DNA of 64,000 nucleotides from Vezdaea acicularis (Eukaryota). The position numbers were made by a program, and so were the translations under genes. The notes beneath the pieces were generated by a model that saw only the letters and a program-made list of their open reading frames with translations, made no database searches and was not told where the DNA came from. Positions 25,576-38,535 of this stretch are shown one piece after another; the first letter of the stretch is position 1, and each line of letters begins with the position of its first letter. Where the stretch lies: positions 1 through 64,000 of the forward strand of contig JAPEUI010000054.1 of the NCBI GenBank assembly GCA_026025075.1, in the 5' to 3' direction.

Positions 25576-26228
25576 CTAGGAGTTCCTTCTTGACGCCTGC
25601 GTGTTCGCCGCAGCTCTCTTCAGCTGCCTCTCTTCGGCCTCCCTATTCTCCTTCTCATAATGTGCAACCAACTTATCCAGATTCGCCGCCCCATGTCCAG
25701 CCGGTACATTCCATGGCGAGCCCGTATTAAATATCCTAACATCCTTGCATTAGCCCCAAACCCCCAATCTCATCCCAGTTTCCCGATACTCCCTCGAGTG
25801 CACTTACTCCTGAAACCTCAACGGCACATGCGGATTCGCCTTCCCGCTCTGGAACAAATTTCGATCGAACGCCGCCTGCTCGATCATCTTCGTGTGCAGC
25901 GTATTGCGCTCCTCCCACGTCTGGCGGTAATCCGCATAGCGCCGCAGCAGGTTCGAGAACGCAGAGTCTTCGCCAGACGTGAGTTGATACGCCAGTATCG
26001 AAAGAGGTACTGCGGCTATGGTGATATAGAAGCCTCGCTGCGAAGTATTGAGTTAGTAAGGCTATGAGATGCTGGACAGGAGATGGGACACACGCCGAAG
26101 GATTCGGTGGTGGGCGCGGCATCGTGGCCGTGGCTTTCACTGCCGTGGGGTGGTGTCTCGCTGGAGTATTTGCGGGTGGCGGGCCGTCGGAGAAGGCGCT
26201 GGGCTCCGCGCGCTCGGGCGAGAGACAT
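25576..26228 (-). CDS. NADH-ubiquinone oxidoreductase 17.8 kDa subunit (fungal complex I accessory subunit), 3 exons
   Basis: Arg-rich mitochondrial presequence, ESFG|RGFY, a TM segment, WEERNTLHTKMIEQAAFDRNLF, then |IFNTGSPWNVPAGH...VAHY. Confidence 0.88.
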
Positions 26229-26535
26229 GGTGATGAGGGTCAATTGGGTTGATTGGTAAAAGACTGATATGAGGTCGTGATATTGAGCGGAGCTTGGTTG
26301 CGAACGATGACTAAGCATAGGTTTCAAGGTTTCGGAGCCAATCAGAAGCAGCCGAGTTTGGGGGAGCTCTCGACTTACATCGAAGAGCATAGGAAAGCCC
26401 TACTTAATATTTAGGCTTCGAATTACTCCATCAGTGATCTTTGGAAGGGTCAGTTCTAGCATGTCGCATCTCCTTGTCCCAAGACAACAGCCATAAAGCC
26501 TGCGCTTCTCCTACAACCTCCGCCATTCCACCAGC

Positions 26536-27717
26536 ATGGCCCCGCCTTTCCTCCTTCGCCTCCTCACCCTTTCTCTCCTCCTCTCTACCTTGCTCGCCGA
26601 GCTCCCTCCCGACGACGAGGAATTGATCTGCTCCTCTTCCGACCCCTCATCATGCTATCCGCGCCTCTTCCGCCCAACCTCCGAATTCCAAGCCGTGTTG
26701 CCGATGCAAGATATCCCTAGCGGCCTACACATACGCCTAAACATAGCTACGGGCGAGAAGGAGGCGAAGATAAACGTTCCAGATGAGGTGGAGCAAGATG
26801 GAGGAGGTAGATTAGAGTCTGGGGCTGCAGAAGGCGCTGTGGTGGTCGTGCCCCATGACAAAGACGAGGACGAGAAGGACAAGCTAGCAGGAGCTGGAGA
26901 GTCGCAGAAGCCGCTCCAGCTACAAGACAGACCGCCAATACCGGCCTCCGACCCCTTCGGACGTATCAAACCGCCTCCCCCTTCATCAGACGACCACGCC
27001 CTCTATGACACCACCCTCTCCGCCCTCCTCACCATCCTCACCAACCCCCCCAGCACGCCCGTCCCCGAACCCTCCCTCCTCCCTCCCCTCACAACCCTCA
27101 CCGAACTCGCCCACTCCCCCTACCACGGCCACCAGCTTACATCCCACCCCCTCCTCCCCTCCCACCTCCTCACCCTGCTAACCACCCACCCCTCCCCACC
27201 CCTCCGCGCCCAAAGCATCATCCTCCTCTCCACCTCTCTCCGAAACAACCCGCCCGCCCAACACGCCCTCACCACATCCCACCCCACACTACTCGACTTG
27301 CTCCTCCACCGCCTCGTCACCGACGCCTCCGCCACCGTGCAAACCCGCTTGATCGCCCTCATCAGCTCTCTGCTCGATACAGAGCGTCAGCGAGAGCTGT
27401 TCGGCCTCTTCAACGGCTTGGGCGTGCTGAAGCGCAGTTTCGATGCGAGACATACGCGCTATGATGGCCGAGATGGGGTGAGGGCTCGTATTGGGGTTTT
27501 TGTGGGGGATTGGGTGAGGAGGGGGGGGAGTGTGCTGACGGAGGGGCCGAGGGGGAAGGATGGAGAGAGGCTTGTGGAGAGGGATGGGGGGTGGTGTGCG
27601 GATTTTGAGGGGGCGCTAGGGAGGTGGAGAGAAGAAGGGGGTGGGGAGGTGGGCAAGGAGGGTGTGAGGGAGGGATTGGAGGCTTTGAAGGAGAGGGGAT
27701 TGTGTGGGGAGGGCTGA
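26536..27717 (+). CDS. SIL1: ER Hsp70 (BiP) nucleotide exchange factor Sil1, intronless
   Basis: Signal peptide, ELIC...CYPRLFRPTSEFQ...QDIPSGLHIRLNIATGEKEAKIN, LTELAHSPYHG and LRNNPPA. Confidence 0.88.
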   Translation: MAPPFLLRLLTLSLLLSTLLAELPPDDEELICSSSDPSSCYPRLFRPTSEFQAVLPMQDIPSGLHIRLNIATGEKEAKINVPDEVEQDGGGRLESGAAEGAVVVVPHDKDEDEKDKLAGAGESQKPLQLQDRPPIPASDPFGRIKPPPPSSDDHALYDTTLSALLTILTNPPSTPVPEPSLLPPLTTLTELAHSPYHGHQLTSHPLLPSHLLTLLTTHPSPPLRAQSIILLSTSLRNNPPAQHALTTSHPTLLDLLLHRLVTDASATVQTRLIALISSLLDTERQRELFGLFNGLGVLKRSFDARHTRYDGRDGVRARIGVFVGDWVRRGGSVLTEGPRGKDGERLVERDGGWCADFEGALGRWREEGGGEVGKEGVREGLEALKERGLCGEG

Positions 27718-27936
27718 GAGCGAGAGCGCTGTTTTGGGTTAGGCGTTTGGGTTAGGAGTTGGAGTTGGTGATTATTGAATAATGATGGGATAGCCTTCGT
27801 ATAAGGTATCTGCGAGGCGCAGGCGTGATTTCTGCCTAGAAGCAAGGCGGTTTCACATAGTAGCTACGTTGGTTTTGGAGATGAACGCCAAAGAACGTGC
27901 ATTTCTAGAACCGCTCGCCGTGTATACCTCACGCCC

Positions 27937-29131
27937 TTATATCGGGACGGTGACCGGGCACATCGTACTATCACAGCTCAGTCAACCATCTACAATCTCC
28001 CAACCCAACACCAAAGAAGCAAGAAAAAAACTCACCTCGAGCCCCCATCCACAACCAAGTTCGCGCCAGTGACATAGCTACTAAACCCCGACGCCAAAAA
28101 GCCCGCGACGCGGCCCACCTCCTGCGGAACCCCCGCTCTCTCCAGCCCAATATTCGCCTTTTGATTCTCCTTACTCTGCAGGGTCGCGGGCGGGAACTGC
28201 GTCTGCATGCCACGCGTATCGAAGCCGTTCAGATCGACGCCGACGTCGATTTGGCCCGAACTGATACAGTTGATGCGGATACCGCTGCCCTTGAGGGAGG
28301 TGACGCCGGCGCGCACGACGCCGAGAGCGGCGTGTGAGGCCATTGTGTAAGCCGGGCCCCAGCAGCCGCCGTAGGTGGAGGCGACGGAGCTGATTACGAT
28401 GATGGAGCCGTAGACTGTTTCCTTGGGGGCGGCGTTCGGGTAGTTGCCCTTTGGCGTTGTTTTGGTCATGGCGGGGGGAGCGTACTTCAGGGCGAAGAAG
28501 GGGAGTAGGGCGTTGGTTTCGAAGCACTTCTGCAGGTCGGAAGGCGAGGTGGCACTGAGGCTTGGGGGGCCGAGAAGACCGGATGAGCAGACCCATACGT
28601 CGAGGCGGCCCCAGGTGTTGAGCACGTCATCGATTAGGCCGAGGGTCGCTTCTTCTGAGGTGACGTTGTACGGGTACTCGAGTATCTGGGTGTTGGGGCA
28701 GGTTTTCGAGACCTCGGCGATGAGGCTGGAGTAGTCGTCATCTGGGGTGTCGCCGCAGGCTGGGTGAAGCGTATGTCAGTTTGTAGTCTGTGGTTGGTTC
28801 GAATTGTTGGCGGACGGGGGAAAGCGGAAGGGGGGCAGTGGTGATAGATAATTGTGAGATTAACCGTATACGCAGGCCGCTCCATGGGCTTAAGGATGTC
28901 AGACTTGGCTCAAGGACTGTTTCGTTCCACAGTAGGGTGTGATTGCAAACTAACTTGCTAATTCCAGCACGATTGCCCGTCCTACAGGTTTCGTAGACCC
29001 TGTAACGATGCAGATGAAGCCATCTGACAAGATGCGTCAGCGTTTCCAATTCGCCAGCTTAGAGACTACTTACAAAGCTTTCCATCTGGCCGATATGGAG
29101 AGAAGAATTCTGACTCAGACACAGAATTCAT
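27937..29131 (-). CDS. Short-chain dehydrogenase/reductase (FabG-like), 5 exons
   Basis: EFFSPYRPDGKL|YGFICIVTGSTKPVGRAIVLELA|THGAACVY|ACG...GRLDVWVCSSG...IRINCISSG...EVGRVAGFLASGFSSYVTGANLVVDGGS|STMCPVTVPI*. Confidence 0.9.
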
Positions 29132-29581
29132 ATCAATTGGAGAGATGCGCAGCTGTCGAAAGGTTGACTATCTCGGTGGAAAAGTGGAGCTGTCAAAAAA
29201 AAGTCGGAAGTATGCGCCAATTCGCGGGGAACCTCGAACAGCCTTCTCCCCATCATAAGTTCGACTAGCTCGGATTCTAGGAAAGCCAATCATGATTGGG
29301 AATTGCTAGAGAATAGCAACTAGGTAAAAAGGGAGCTTCTCCTCGGAATGATCGACGGTCAGCAAATCCTTATCGCTTATCGACAACAAGCTTCTATTAG
29401 CGAAGAGGGGGAGGAAAAGGCCCCCTCGTCATTGGACGGTCTGCATATGGTGTAAACAATAGAACTGGTTGAATCGATGGCCCTTTTTAGGGACGACAGC
29501 CCGAAATTGTTCTAGTTTAATAATTACTAACAGATTGACCCTCCAACCCGGCTGGCCCATTACATCTAGAATAACTCCTCC

Positions 29582-30418
29582 TTAAACACGCCCGTGGAGC
29601 TTCTCGGGACCAAATGCCATTGGCAAGAGCTTCGCATGTCAGTGATTTAGATTTCTGGACTCTCTTTAGATATAAACGTACCTCAGTCAAGGTTTGTACT
29701 AAGTGTCGGCCATCCTTATCGAACATGACGATAGGCACTTTTGAGTCACAGAACTCGTTCATGCTCCGTAGAGTTAGCCTTTAATCTACAGGCAGAACGG
29801 CCCTCGTTAGAGAAAGGGAGAGTCCTACAATTGACGACACATTCCACATGGAGATCCTAGATAAATTGTATCAACGTGCAAATTTTTTAAGGGGGAATTT
29901 ACAGTGATGAATCAATTTTAGACGGTAGAGAGTGACAACGAACCAGGTTCATCCAAATCCGTGGATACAGCAACCAAGACAAATTTTCTATAGCCTTGAG
30001 TCTTTCAAGACGCTCTATCAGCCATCATGATCAGGATGGTGAATATGAATTGGACCCATACTATGGCCGTCCCAAACGCAACCCGCTCAGCGCAAGTGCC
30101 GACTGGGAAGCTCGCATTCTCGACGTTTGCTCCCGTCACCAGCGCGCCCTCGGACGTGACCAGGCAAGCTCCAACGCGGAAGTTCGAGTAAGGACCTGTG
30201 GGATGATGCCGAGAGCTCAATTAAATGATGCTCTCGAAGTTCTCGGGCTGAGAATTTGGGCGCTTACAGTAAGCAGTCTGTTTTGCACCCGCGGCTGCAT
30301 CTCGAACCTTGAGGAGAAACTCCGTGAGATTCGTTCTAGCATCCGCTACGTCAAATTGTAGTCCGAGGTCGAACATACATCTTGATAGCAGCGCCATGGA
30401 TTGTGGGTCGAAATCCAT
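29582..30418 (-). CDS. CDD1: Cytidine deaminase (homotetrameric type), 5 exons
   Basis: AY|CPYSNFRVGA...GANVENAS...TCAERVA...|GSPCGMCRQ|FMNEF...|LLPMAFGP contains the Zn-binding CAE and PCxxC motifs. Confidence 0.93.
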
Positions 30419-33400
30419 GATTTTACTGGAGAAGGGACAGGTTGACAAGGAAGAGTACTAGATGTCACAAATATAGCAGCTGTCGCACGGAAGAGACACG
30501 ACTTCAATGTCTTTGTCTTCAATTAAGTGTGTTGAAGATGATGTTCTCCTTCCATATACTGTTTCCCTTGCATTTCCAGCTCGAAGCTGTTGCATACTTT
30601 GCGAATTGCCCACGAAAGGCAGGGATCAGCCATCAATCCATTTCAGGATGCCAGCCATTGAAGATTCCCAGCCGCTCACATTTGCCCACGGGATTTTCGT
30701 CAGAGCTAGAAGCAGTCCCCAAAGACCTTGAAGATCCGCAATTCAGATACTGACGATAGAAAAAGAGACTACGTTCATAGTGTATTGACCATTCCTCAAG
30801 ACTTGATCAGATGAGTCTGTTCAAGGGATGAGGTAGTTCCAGGATGAGCAAATCAAGTTTCGAATCGTACACCAACATCACGATCATGCTTCTATCTCTC
30901 AATGCCTTGCAATTTAAATGATACTGGACTCCGGTCTTACTTTCCATATACAATGGTCGGTGTGTTTTGGTCGCGGATCAATGTCGTCAGCGAGATCAAG
31001 GTTTGTATCAGATGTCCACGGCCCGCATTTAGCCAGTATCAGCATGCACCCCGCACAGTATCGTCGAAAGTATAAAAGCAACCCTGAGAGATATGTGGTC
31101 AGATGATTTGAAGCTTGACTTGAAGCTTTTGTAAGCGCGCACTGATGGAGTGCTGGTAGTCACAGAGCCATGAGATGGCAGATGGTGGAATGCCAAGCTG
31201 TCTCATCCATGGAGCGCATATCTGGGGAGCAGATCCACGAAGTCTAGTCGGAGAATTTTCCGGATTGTTGTAAACAGAGCTATTTTGATATGTGGCGATA
31301 ATAGTGAAGTGACCGTATCATTTGGGCAAAAGCCAAAAACGTGACGATCATTGGTCTCAGAAGTAGCTTCGATTTCCACCACTTCCAAAGGGGACGGAGG
31401 TCTCCTTGAGCCACGTAGCGCGATTACTCCTGCGGCTTGCCAGAGTTGACGTTTCGGATGCTCGAGACGTCTGACTGGACGCCAATAGCTCTAACGCGAA
31501 CACATTTGCCGCGAGGGAGTGTCGGAGACCGGGAAGCCACAAGGACGTGCCGAGCCTCGAATCGATCAAGGAAGAACCGTGTTGAGCCAAGCAGCATCAT
31601 ATCTTTCAAGCCAGTTGATACGCCTTGCCATAGCGTCGATTGTGCGATCTGAATAGTCTCCACATCGTTCGAATGTCAAACTGGTGACCATGAAGGAGAC
31701 GAGAATGGAGCATGCGTATTGGAAGCCAAGGCGGCTGATAGGCGAACAGTGGCATCAGTTTTACACGGTCGACGCTTGGCCTTCTTCCTGTCCTCGCTCC
31801 TCGCACGGCGACATACGAAAACCGAGCTTGAGAGGCTCGAGCAATCATGACCACGACCGAAGAGCGGATCGTTAGGGCGAGGAACGGAACGTGCAAGTGT
31901 CGAGGGTCCAATCGTGGGTGCCGGCGGAGTCTTTTTCTCCACGAATCACGGGTTTGGCCAGGGGGGGCTCCCGATCGATTCCACCCCTGGCCGGCTGCAG
32001 GGGGTTGTGACAATCCGCGCAGATGGCCATCCACCGCGTGCATCACAGTTGCTGCGGGCGTCGTTAGGACCAATGTTCCCCCCCGTCGAGGAGGTGTAGT
32101 CAGCCCGTGCTGTGGATAAGGGATGGGGAGATCTGCACGTAATCGATACAGTTGTCGCAGATGCGAGATAATTCTGCGATTTGAGACAGTTTGTCCAGAG
32201 GGCCGATGGAGAGGGTCGATTGCGACGAGGGAGCAAGGGACGAGAGGCTGATCGGCGTCGCTTAACGGAGCGGAGAAACCGGGAATGGCGGGCGGAGATC
32301 GGACGGGGCCTGGTCAGAGGAGCGGCCGTAGTTCCTCCAACAAATCCATGGCGGGATGCAGCTGCGAGCGCTGCCCCGCCCCCATTGGCCGGCGCCCGCT
32401 CGAGAGCTGCACGACGAACGCGTGCTCGTCACCTTGAGAGAGAAAAGTAAGGAGATGGTCCGAAAGCAGACGAGAGCGATGCAGCGGACTGCTCCAAACC
32501 GCACAATGTGACGACCGCAATCCACAAGTCCAGCCAGATGCGGTCAAAGGCCTAACATGACGGGTCCTTCAACCTCGAACGCCAATCCCTTCGTGGTGGC
32601 GGATCCCTGCCGCCGCCGCCGTCTCGTCCGTTCTTCTCCAAAGCTGGGACGGACCGGGACCAGCATTCTTCTTTTCTGCTTCATCTTTCCCCCGCCCCTG
32701 GAACCCTCTCTCCTCTTCGGTCTTGAATCCCCATATCTCTCACTTGTCGTAGCGCCTGCGTGCACGGTGCAACTTCTCATCGTCCTTCGTGTCTTCTTTG
32801 GGTGCATACCGCTGGCTCGCCTCATCCTTCGTTCGTTCGCGCGCAACCGACCTTGGCCCTCGGACTGCTAGACGTCCTGCATCCCTTTCCTAATCTTGTA
32901 AACGCGACCGTAGCCAGCTGGAGATCCCGACTGCCTGACCGTCCGTGTCTCTCAGCTCGTGTATCCCATACGAGCGAGGACACTTAGGGAGGAAAAAAAG
33001 CTGGACGGTGAATAGGCGATCCGAGACCGCCGTGATCAGAACTGGAAAGAGAAGTGGGAGTCCGATTGAAATTAAACGGAAAATAAAGAGCGTTCCGAGC
33101 CAGGATGCCACGGACCTCGTCGTACGCTTAAACGTTCTCGAAGCCCCCAGACTGCCCCTAGTGTGCGACGAATGTACGCCATTGTGAACATTTGAAGCAT
33201 CCATAGGGCCTTTTGCTGAGCACGGACTCAGAAGTGGGGGAGACACAGAGTTCACAGAACACCACCCTGCCTGTCTGGTGGCTGCGATCATCGTTTGCTA
33301 CTGCAGGGGCGGCAGAGTCAATAAGTTTCTGTATCTGGTCATGGTGGAGCGCATTCGATCTGACGTGCAGATATCTGGAAGGTATCGCATATAGTTCTGT

Positions 33401-33689
33401 AGAGGCGCCCTGGTTGCCCTTCTCACACTTTGCCCGCTCTTCCACCCTCCTCACCTGGTTGTCCGGAAAGTGTCCCGTGTTCCCGCACCCAGAAGTGTTG
33501 TCGAGGCAGCTTGTGCATCATCCGACCTTTACATTCATGTTCGGTGCGTCTGATCACTGAACCACCTCGTACCTTCCGAAGAACTCGACCTTTCAAAGAT
33601 TTGCGAATCGAACAAACTTGTCGCTCCTGACTAGCAAACAGAAAGTCACAGCCGCTCATTTAGTTGACGGGCACCGCCTCCTAGATCTT

Positions 33690-36081
33690 ATGGCTCACCA
33701 TCAGAGGCTGTCCTCCAAGCGGAGCATTGACATTATGGCTGCTAGACAATCTCATCTTGGAGCTTATAACGATCACAGACCGAGCAACACAGACACCGCC
33801 GTGGTTCACTACGATGATCCCGACACGGGCAAAAGGGAAACCTACTTTTCCATGTCACGCACTCCCTCCATCTCGTCAATCGCCAGCCCTCGGACTTCAG
33901 TCGATCGAAGTCGTTTCCTCAAGAGACTCTTCACACGCCATGGCAATGTCTCGAAGCCTCGCATATATGAAGAACCAATCTATGAAGAGCTTGTTCTCGG
34001 CGAAGAAAATGAACAGTTCTTGAACGATCCGACATCGGGTCTTACTGGTCCATCACCCAATACTCACCCTTTACTTTGCCGCCCCCAAGCTCGTGAGGAG
34101 AAAATGATGAGCTCGATTGGACTCCCTAGGTCTAGAGCAACAACCGATTTTGACGGCTATGGTCATCTTCCGATCAAGGCCATCACCTCGAAACCGGCCG
34201 TTCCACCAAAAGATAACGCGAGCATCAAAAGGCTAACGATATCCACCGAAGGGTCGGATGACTCTTTTATCCCAAGAGACATTTTCACATCAAGTCTTAG
34301 AGAACGAGAACAAACGGCTGTCAAGGCTGCTGCGCATCCGAAACATATCCAGGAGTGGGGTTTCTTCATCAAATGCTACTCAGAGGTATGTCTTGCGCTC
34401 CTGATGGCGTGAAATTCGGTTCAAGTGGATACCGTCACTCGCACAGATATCTACATACTCCTCCTGTTCAAGGTAGCTCATGCTGATGGCATTCCTCAAC
34501 GCAGGGACGCTTCAATACCTCAAACCCTCCTGAACCGCCTCCAAAGTCTCTTGCCTTCGACTACCTGCGAGCACCGATTCCTCCCAATGAAGTCGCACGA
34601 TTGGAAGCTGTCGACGAAGTTAACCTACCTTTTCCTGATTGGGCGTCTCAAAGAGCAGGTCATATTGTTCGGCTTGCTATGCGTGTCTTTCAAACTCGCT
34701 GTGCATCCATAAGCTTCTTCGATGCGAAAACTGAGATCATAAAAGCCGAGTGTGGTTTGGGGCGGTCTGAAATATCGCGGAAGAAGAGCCTTGGTTCTCA
34801 TGTACTACTCTCTAGCGAGCCAATGGTAATTTTGGATACCCTCAATGTAAGAAAGTACCGACGTTTCACTTTGTGTTTTGCTAATTATCTGAAAAGGATT
34901 GGCGCGTTCAAGGGCACCCTCTCGTCTTACAGCTCCCATACACAAGGTTCTACGCCGGGGCTCCTCTCGTCACGAGCAATGGTCAAATCGTCGGCGTCTT
35001 TGCTGTGTTTGATCCAAGACCCAAGGCGGAATTTGGTATCAACTATCGCCGACGGCTCACGGATTTTGCCAAATATGCCATGACGGATGTAGAAATCATC
35101 GTCGACGAATACTACTCAAAGGATGAAGTGACTCAGAGCGTGATGCAGAGCTATGATGCTGAATGCGAGGAACGCAACAAAAAACGAGTAAACGACCTAT
35201 TACAGAAGATCGAAGAAGAAGCAGAGCAAGCCGAAAGATTTAGCAGTGAGGGACCAACCATGGTCACCGATACACCGCCGCAATCTGATGAAGAAGAAGT
35301 CCCTGAGATTCGACACAGTCAGCGCATGTCGTTGTCATCCTATCAAAAGACAAGAGATAGTTGCATGTCGCAGGCCATCAGCAATCTACCGACACCTCCG
35401 CAGACCCCTGCTCGCCCATTCTCAATTTCAACCGTCGACTCCTTCAACGCTACCGGTCCTCACAGACCTCCCAACACCCCAGCCAATGGGAGTAGAGTTC
35501 CTTCGATGTACGACGATCCCGCCGTGCAAAGGAAGAGGCGACTGAAACAGTTGCCTGAAGCGCCGGGACCGTTCAAAAGTCATCCTGAAGCTCACTTTGC
35601 CATCTCCTTGATCGCACGCAATCTCGGCTTTGATACTGTCTACCTTCTCAGGGTGCTGCCTGCGGCCTCTCGCTCGTCACGACTGGCAACTAGGCTGATC
35701 GTCGCCCATGGAATGCCAAGTCCAGAGCCTGTCTTTGATGCTAGTCTTCATTTACTAGCTCTACAAAGCGCGGGAGGCCTCACCTATCAGAACGAGGTCA
35801 AGGACGTCCAGGATGTTGAAGAAGTGGGATACAAATTTGGAATCTTGCTTCCCTTCGTCCGTGATGGCGCGCCTAGTGAGGTCGAGAGATCAGGTGGGGT
35901 TCCTGGTCCTATCGTCGAGATGGATCATACTTGCCAGAGCGGAGTGGTGCTGGCTGCGTACACGAAAAAGGACCCGCCTGATGTCCATCAGACTGGCCAT
36001 GAGGTGAACATTCTGAGAGACGCGGCTACCGTACTAAGAGATATCTTCATCGATGCAGATCACCAGAGCCAGATGATATAA
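33690..36081 (+). CDS. GAF-domain protein, ~740 aa; exons 33690-34385, 34505-34846, 34897-36081; start uncertain
   Basis: YSE|GRFNTSNPP, APIPPNEVARLEAV, SLGSHVLLSSEPMVILDT|DWRVQGHPLV...RFYAGAPLV...VGVFAVFDPRPK match the GAF signature. Confidence 0.85.
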
Positions 36082-36836
36082 CACTCAATAAGTCCGATTT
36101 TCAGAAAATTTCGACCAGGCGCAAATGTGGCTCCGTGCACACGAATTTTGGCCTATGCATACATCTTTACCCTCAACATTTCCCGAATAAATCGGTGTGC
36201 GACTGTCCGATCTACCCGACCAATCCATCTTCCCACTCATATGAACGAAAACATGTCAAATAGACCAAAAATACGATTCTCACGTGTACTACGTACTCTA
36301 CGGTTCCACGAGCATTTCGACGCCTTTACGTCCGTATGACTTACCGCGGTCATACATTCACCCACAGAAAATATTCAAATTCACGATGTATCTGCCGCAA
36401 CGGCACTCTTTCCTTTTTTCAGTTAAAAAAATCCCTTCGTCAAGACATGTAGCATATCGGTGCAGAGCATAGCGGTGCAGAGCATGCGGGGTGGAGGAAG
36501 GGTGGTTCTGTGGCGGCGTTGGCCTTCATGCCCGAGCAAATACCCAAGAGTCCGACTTTGAGAAGTTCTTTGCCGTATTGTCTGTATATCATCTTGTTTT
36601 TCAGACTGCCGGTCGTCACGTTATGCTCGCTGCTGCATAGATAGCTAGAGGCATGTAGAATTGAAGATACACAACAACCATGTTCGCTCCAATGACCGCG
36701 GCCTGACGTAATTAGCCGAGGAGCTTCCCCAAATTATTTCCTGATACAGGAACCGATTCATCCCACCCCCATCATATCCCTATTTTGAACTCCCGCCTCT
36801 CTTTTTTCTGTCAATTGAGAGCCATTACCTTCCCCA

Positions 36837-38072
36837 ATGCCAAATACGCCCTCCGACATGTCCTCAAAGGAGCTCCTTAGCAAAGCGCGGCGGCTCATCC
36901 CGCCTATGCTGGAGCACTTCCACAAAGGTTGCTGCCCCGCCTATACCCCGCCATACCCCGTCTTCGACTCGCTGACAACTGCCCTGCAGGCCAGCTGGGA
37001 CGCGTCGCCGTCATTGGCGGTAGCGTAGAGTGCGTACTGGCTATTCGTGGTCTGAGAGCATCGAGACGACTGACTGTGGCGTGTAGTTATACCGGCGCGC
37101 CGTACTTCTCTGCCATGGCCTCCGCCCGCTTGGGCGCTGATATGAGCCATGTCATCTGCGAGCCGCTCGCTGCACAGGTACCACCCCTTTCCCCCTTGAT
37201 CCTCTTCCCTTTTCTCTCCTTTCCCCACTCCCACCACGGTACCCACCCGCTAACCTTGCCCGGCCTAGGTCATCAAAACCTACAGCCCGAACCTAATGAT
37301 CCACCCCCTCATGCGCTCGCATTCCTCCCTCTCCACCCCCGCCCAAACCGATACCCCCACCAACGTCTCCGCCCCTATCATCTCCCTCCTCGACCGCCTG
37401 CACGTCCTCGTCATCGGCCCCGGCCTCGGCCGCGACTCCCTCATGCTAGACACGTGCGCCTCCATCCTCCGCGCCGCCCGCAAACGCGACATGCCCGTCG
37501 TCCTCGACGCCGACGCGCTCAGCATCGTCGCCAGCTCCCCGGAGCTCTTCCACGGCTGGAAGAGCGTCGTCCTAACACCCAACGTCGCCGAATTCGCACG
37601 GCTCTGGAAATCCGCCGTCGCAGCCGCCGACGGCACCGAAGACGCCAAAGAAACCCCCGTCCCGGAAGGAACTGGCCGCTGCAAACTCCTCGCCGACAAG
37701 CTCGGCGGCGTCACCGTCCTGCAGAAAGGGGCACAAGACGTCATCTCCAACGGCACACGCACCCTCCTCTCCGACCGCGAAGGCGGCCGCAAGCGCAGTG
37801 GTGGCCAGGGGGACACGCTGACGGGCTGTCTGGGCACATGGCTCGCGTGGCGGCGGGCCTATCACGAGGGACTCTGGGAAGAGACAGAAGAGCGCATGAG
37901 CGAGGAGGAGAGTTGGCTGGTTGCCGTCTGGGCGGGGAGTGCGCTCACGCGCGAGTGTAGTCGGCGTGCGTATGTCAAGCGTGGCAGGAGTTTGCAGGCG
38001 AGTGATTTGACGGAGGAGGTGCATGGGGCATTTTTGGACGTTTTTGGGGAGAGGGAGGAGTCGGCGCTTTAG
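36837..38072 (+). CDS. NNR2: ATP-dependent (S)-NAD(P)H-hydrate dehydratase (YjeF-C/CARKD), 4 exons
   Basis: [55 protein letters not shown] and [12 protein letters not shown]. Confidence 0.96.
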
Positions 38073-38535
38073 GAGAGGGGGGCTGGAGGATTTTGTAGAT
38101 ATTTGAAAATAAGGGGTAAGGTTCGGGGGACGAAATTGGATACGGAAATATCCACAGCTATTTCCATGAACGAGGCTTTGTACAGCTAGAGACGACGACG
38201 ACGGCGGTGACAGTAGTAGTACAGGCGTATCCAAACCTCCAGGAAAACAAACCTCCTCACCCCAAAAAAAGAACAACAGACAGCACAGAAAGCCCTTCCC
38301 GCCCCCCAACCCCGCTGGGAAAGAAACAAAAATGGCTATAACGACAGACAGACACCCCGGCCCCACCCCCCATCCCCAACCAGAGACCAGCCAGGGGGGG
38401 GGGGAGCGCTATATGTGAGTAATATCCAAGCACATCGTCCCACTATCCAAACCCCCCTTCTCTCACCCGTCCCTCCCCCTCCAGCTCTTGCATTGGCGCT
38501 GCACACCCTTTATCCAGAATATCCCATGAGCGGTT

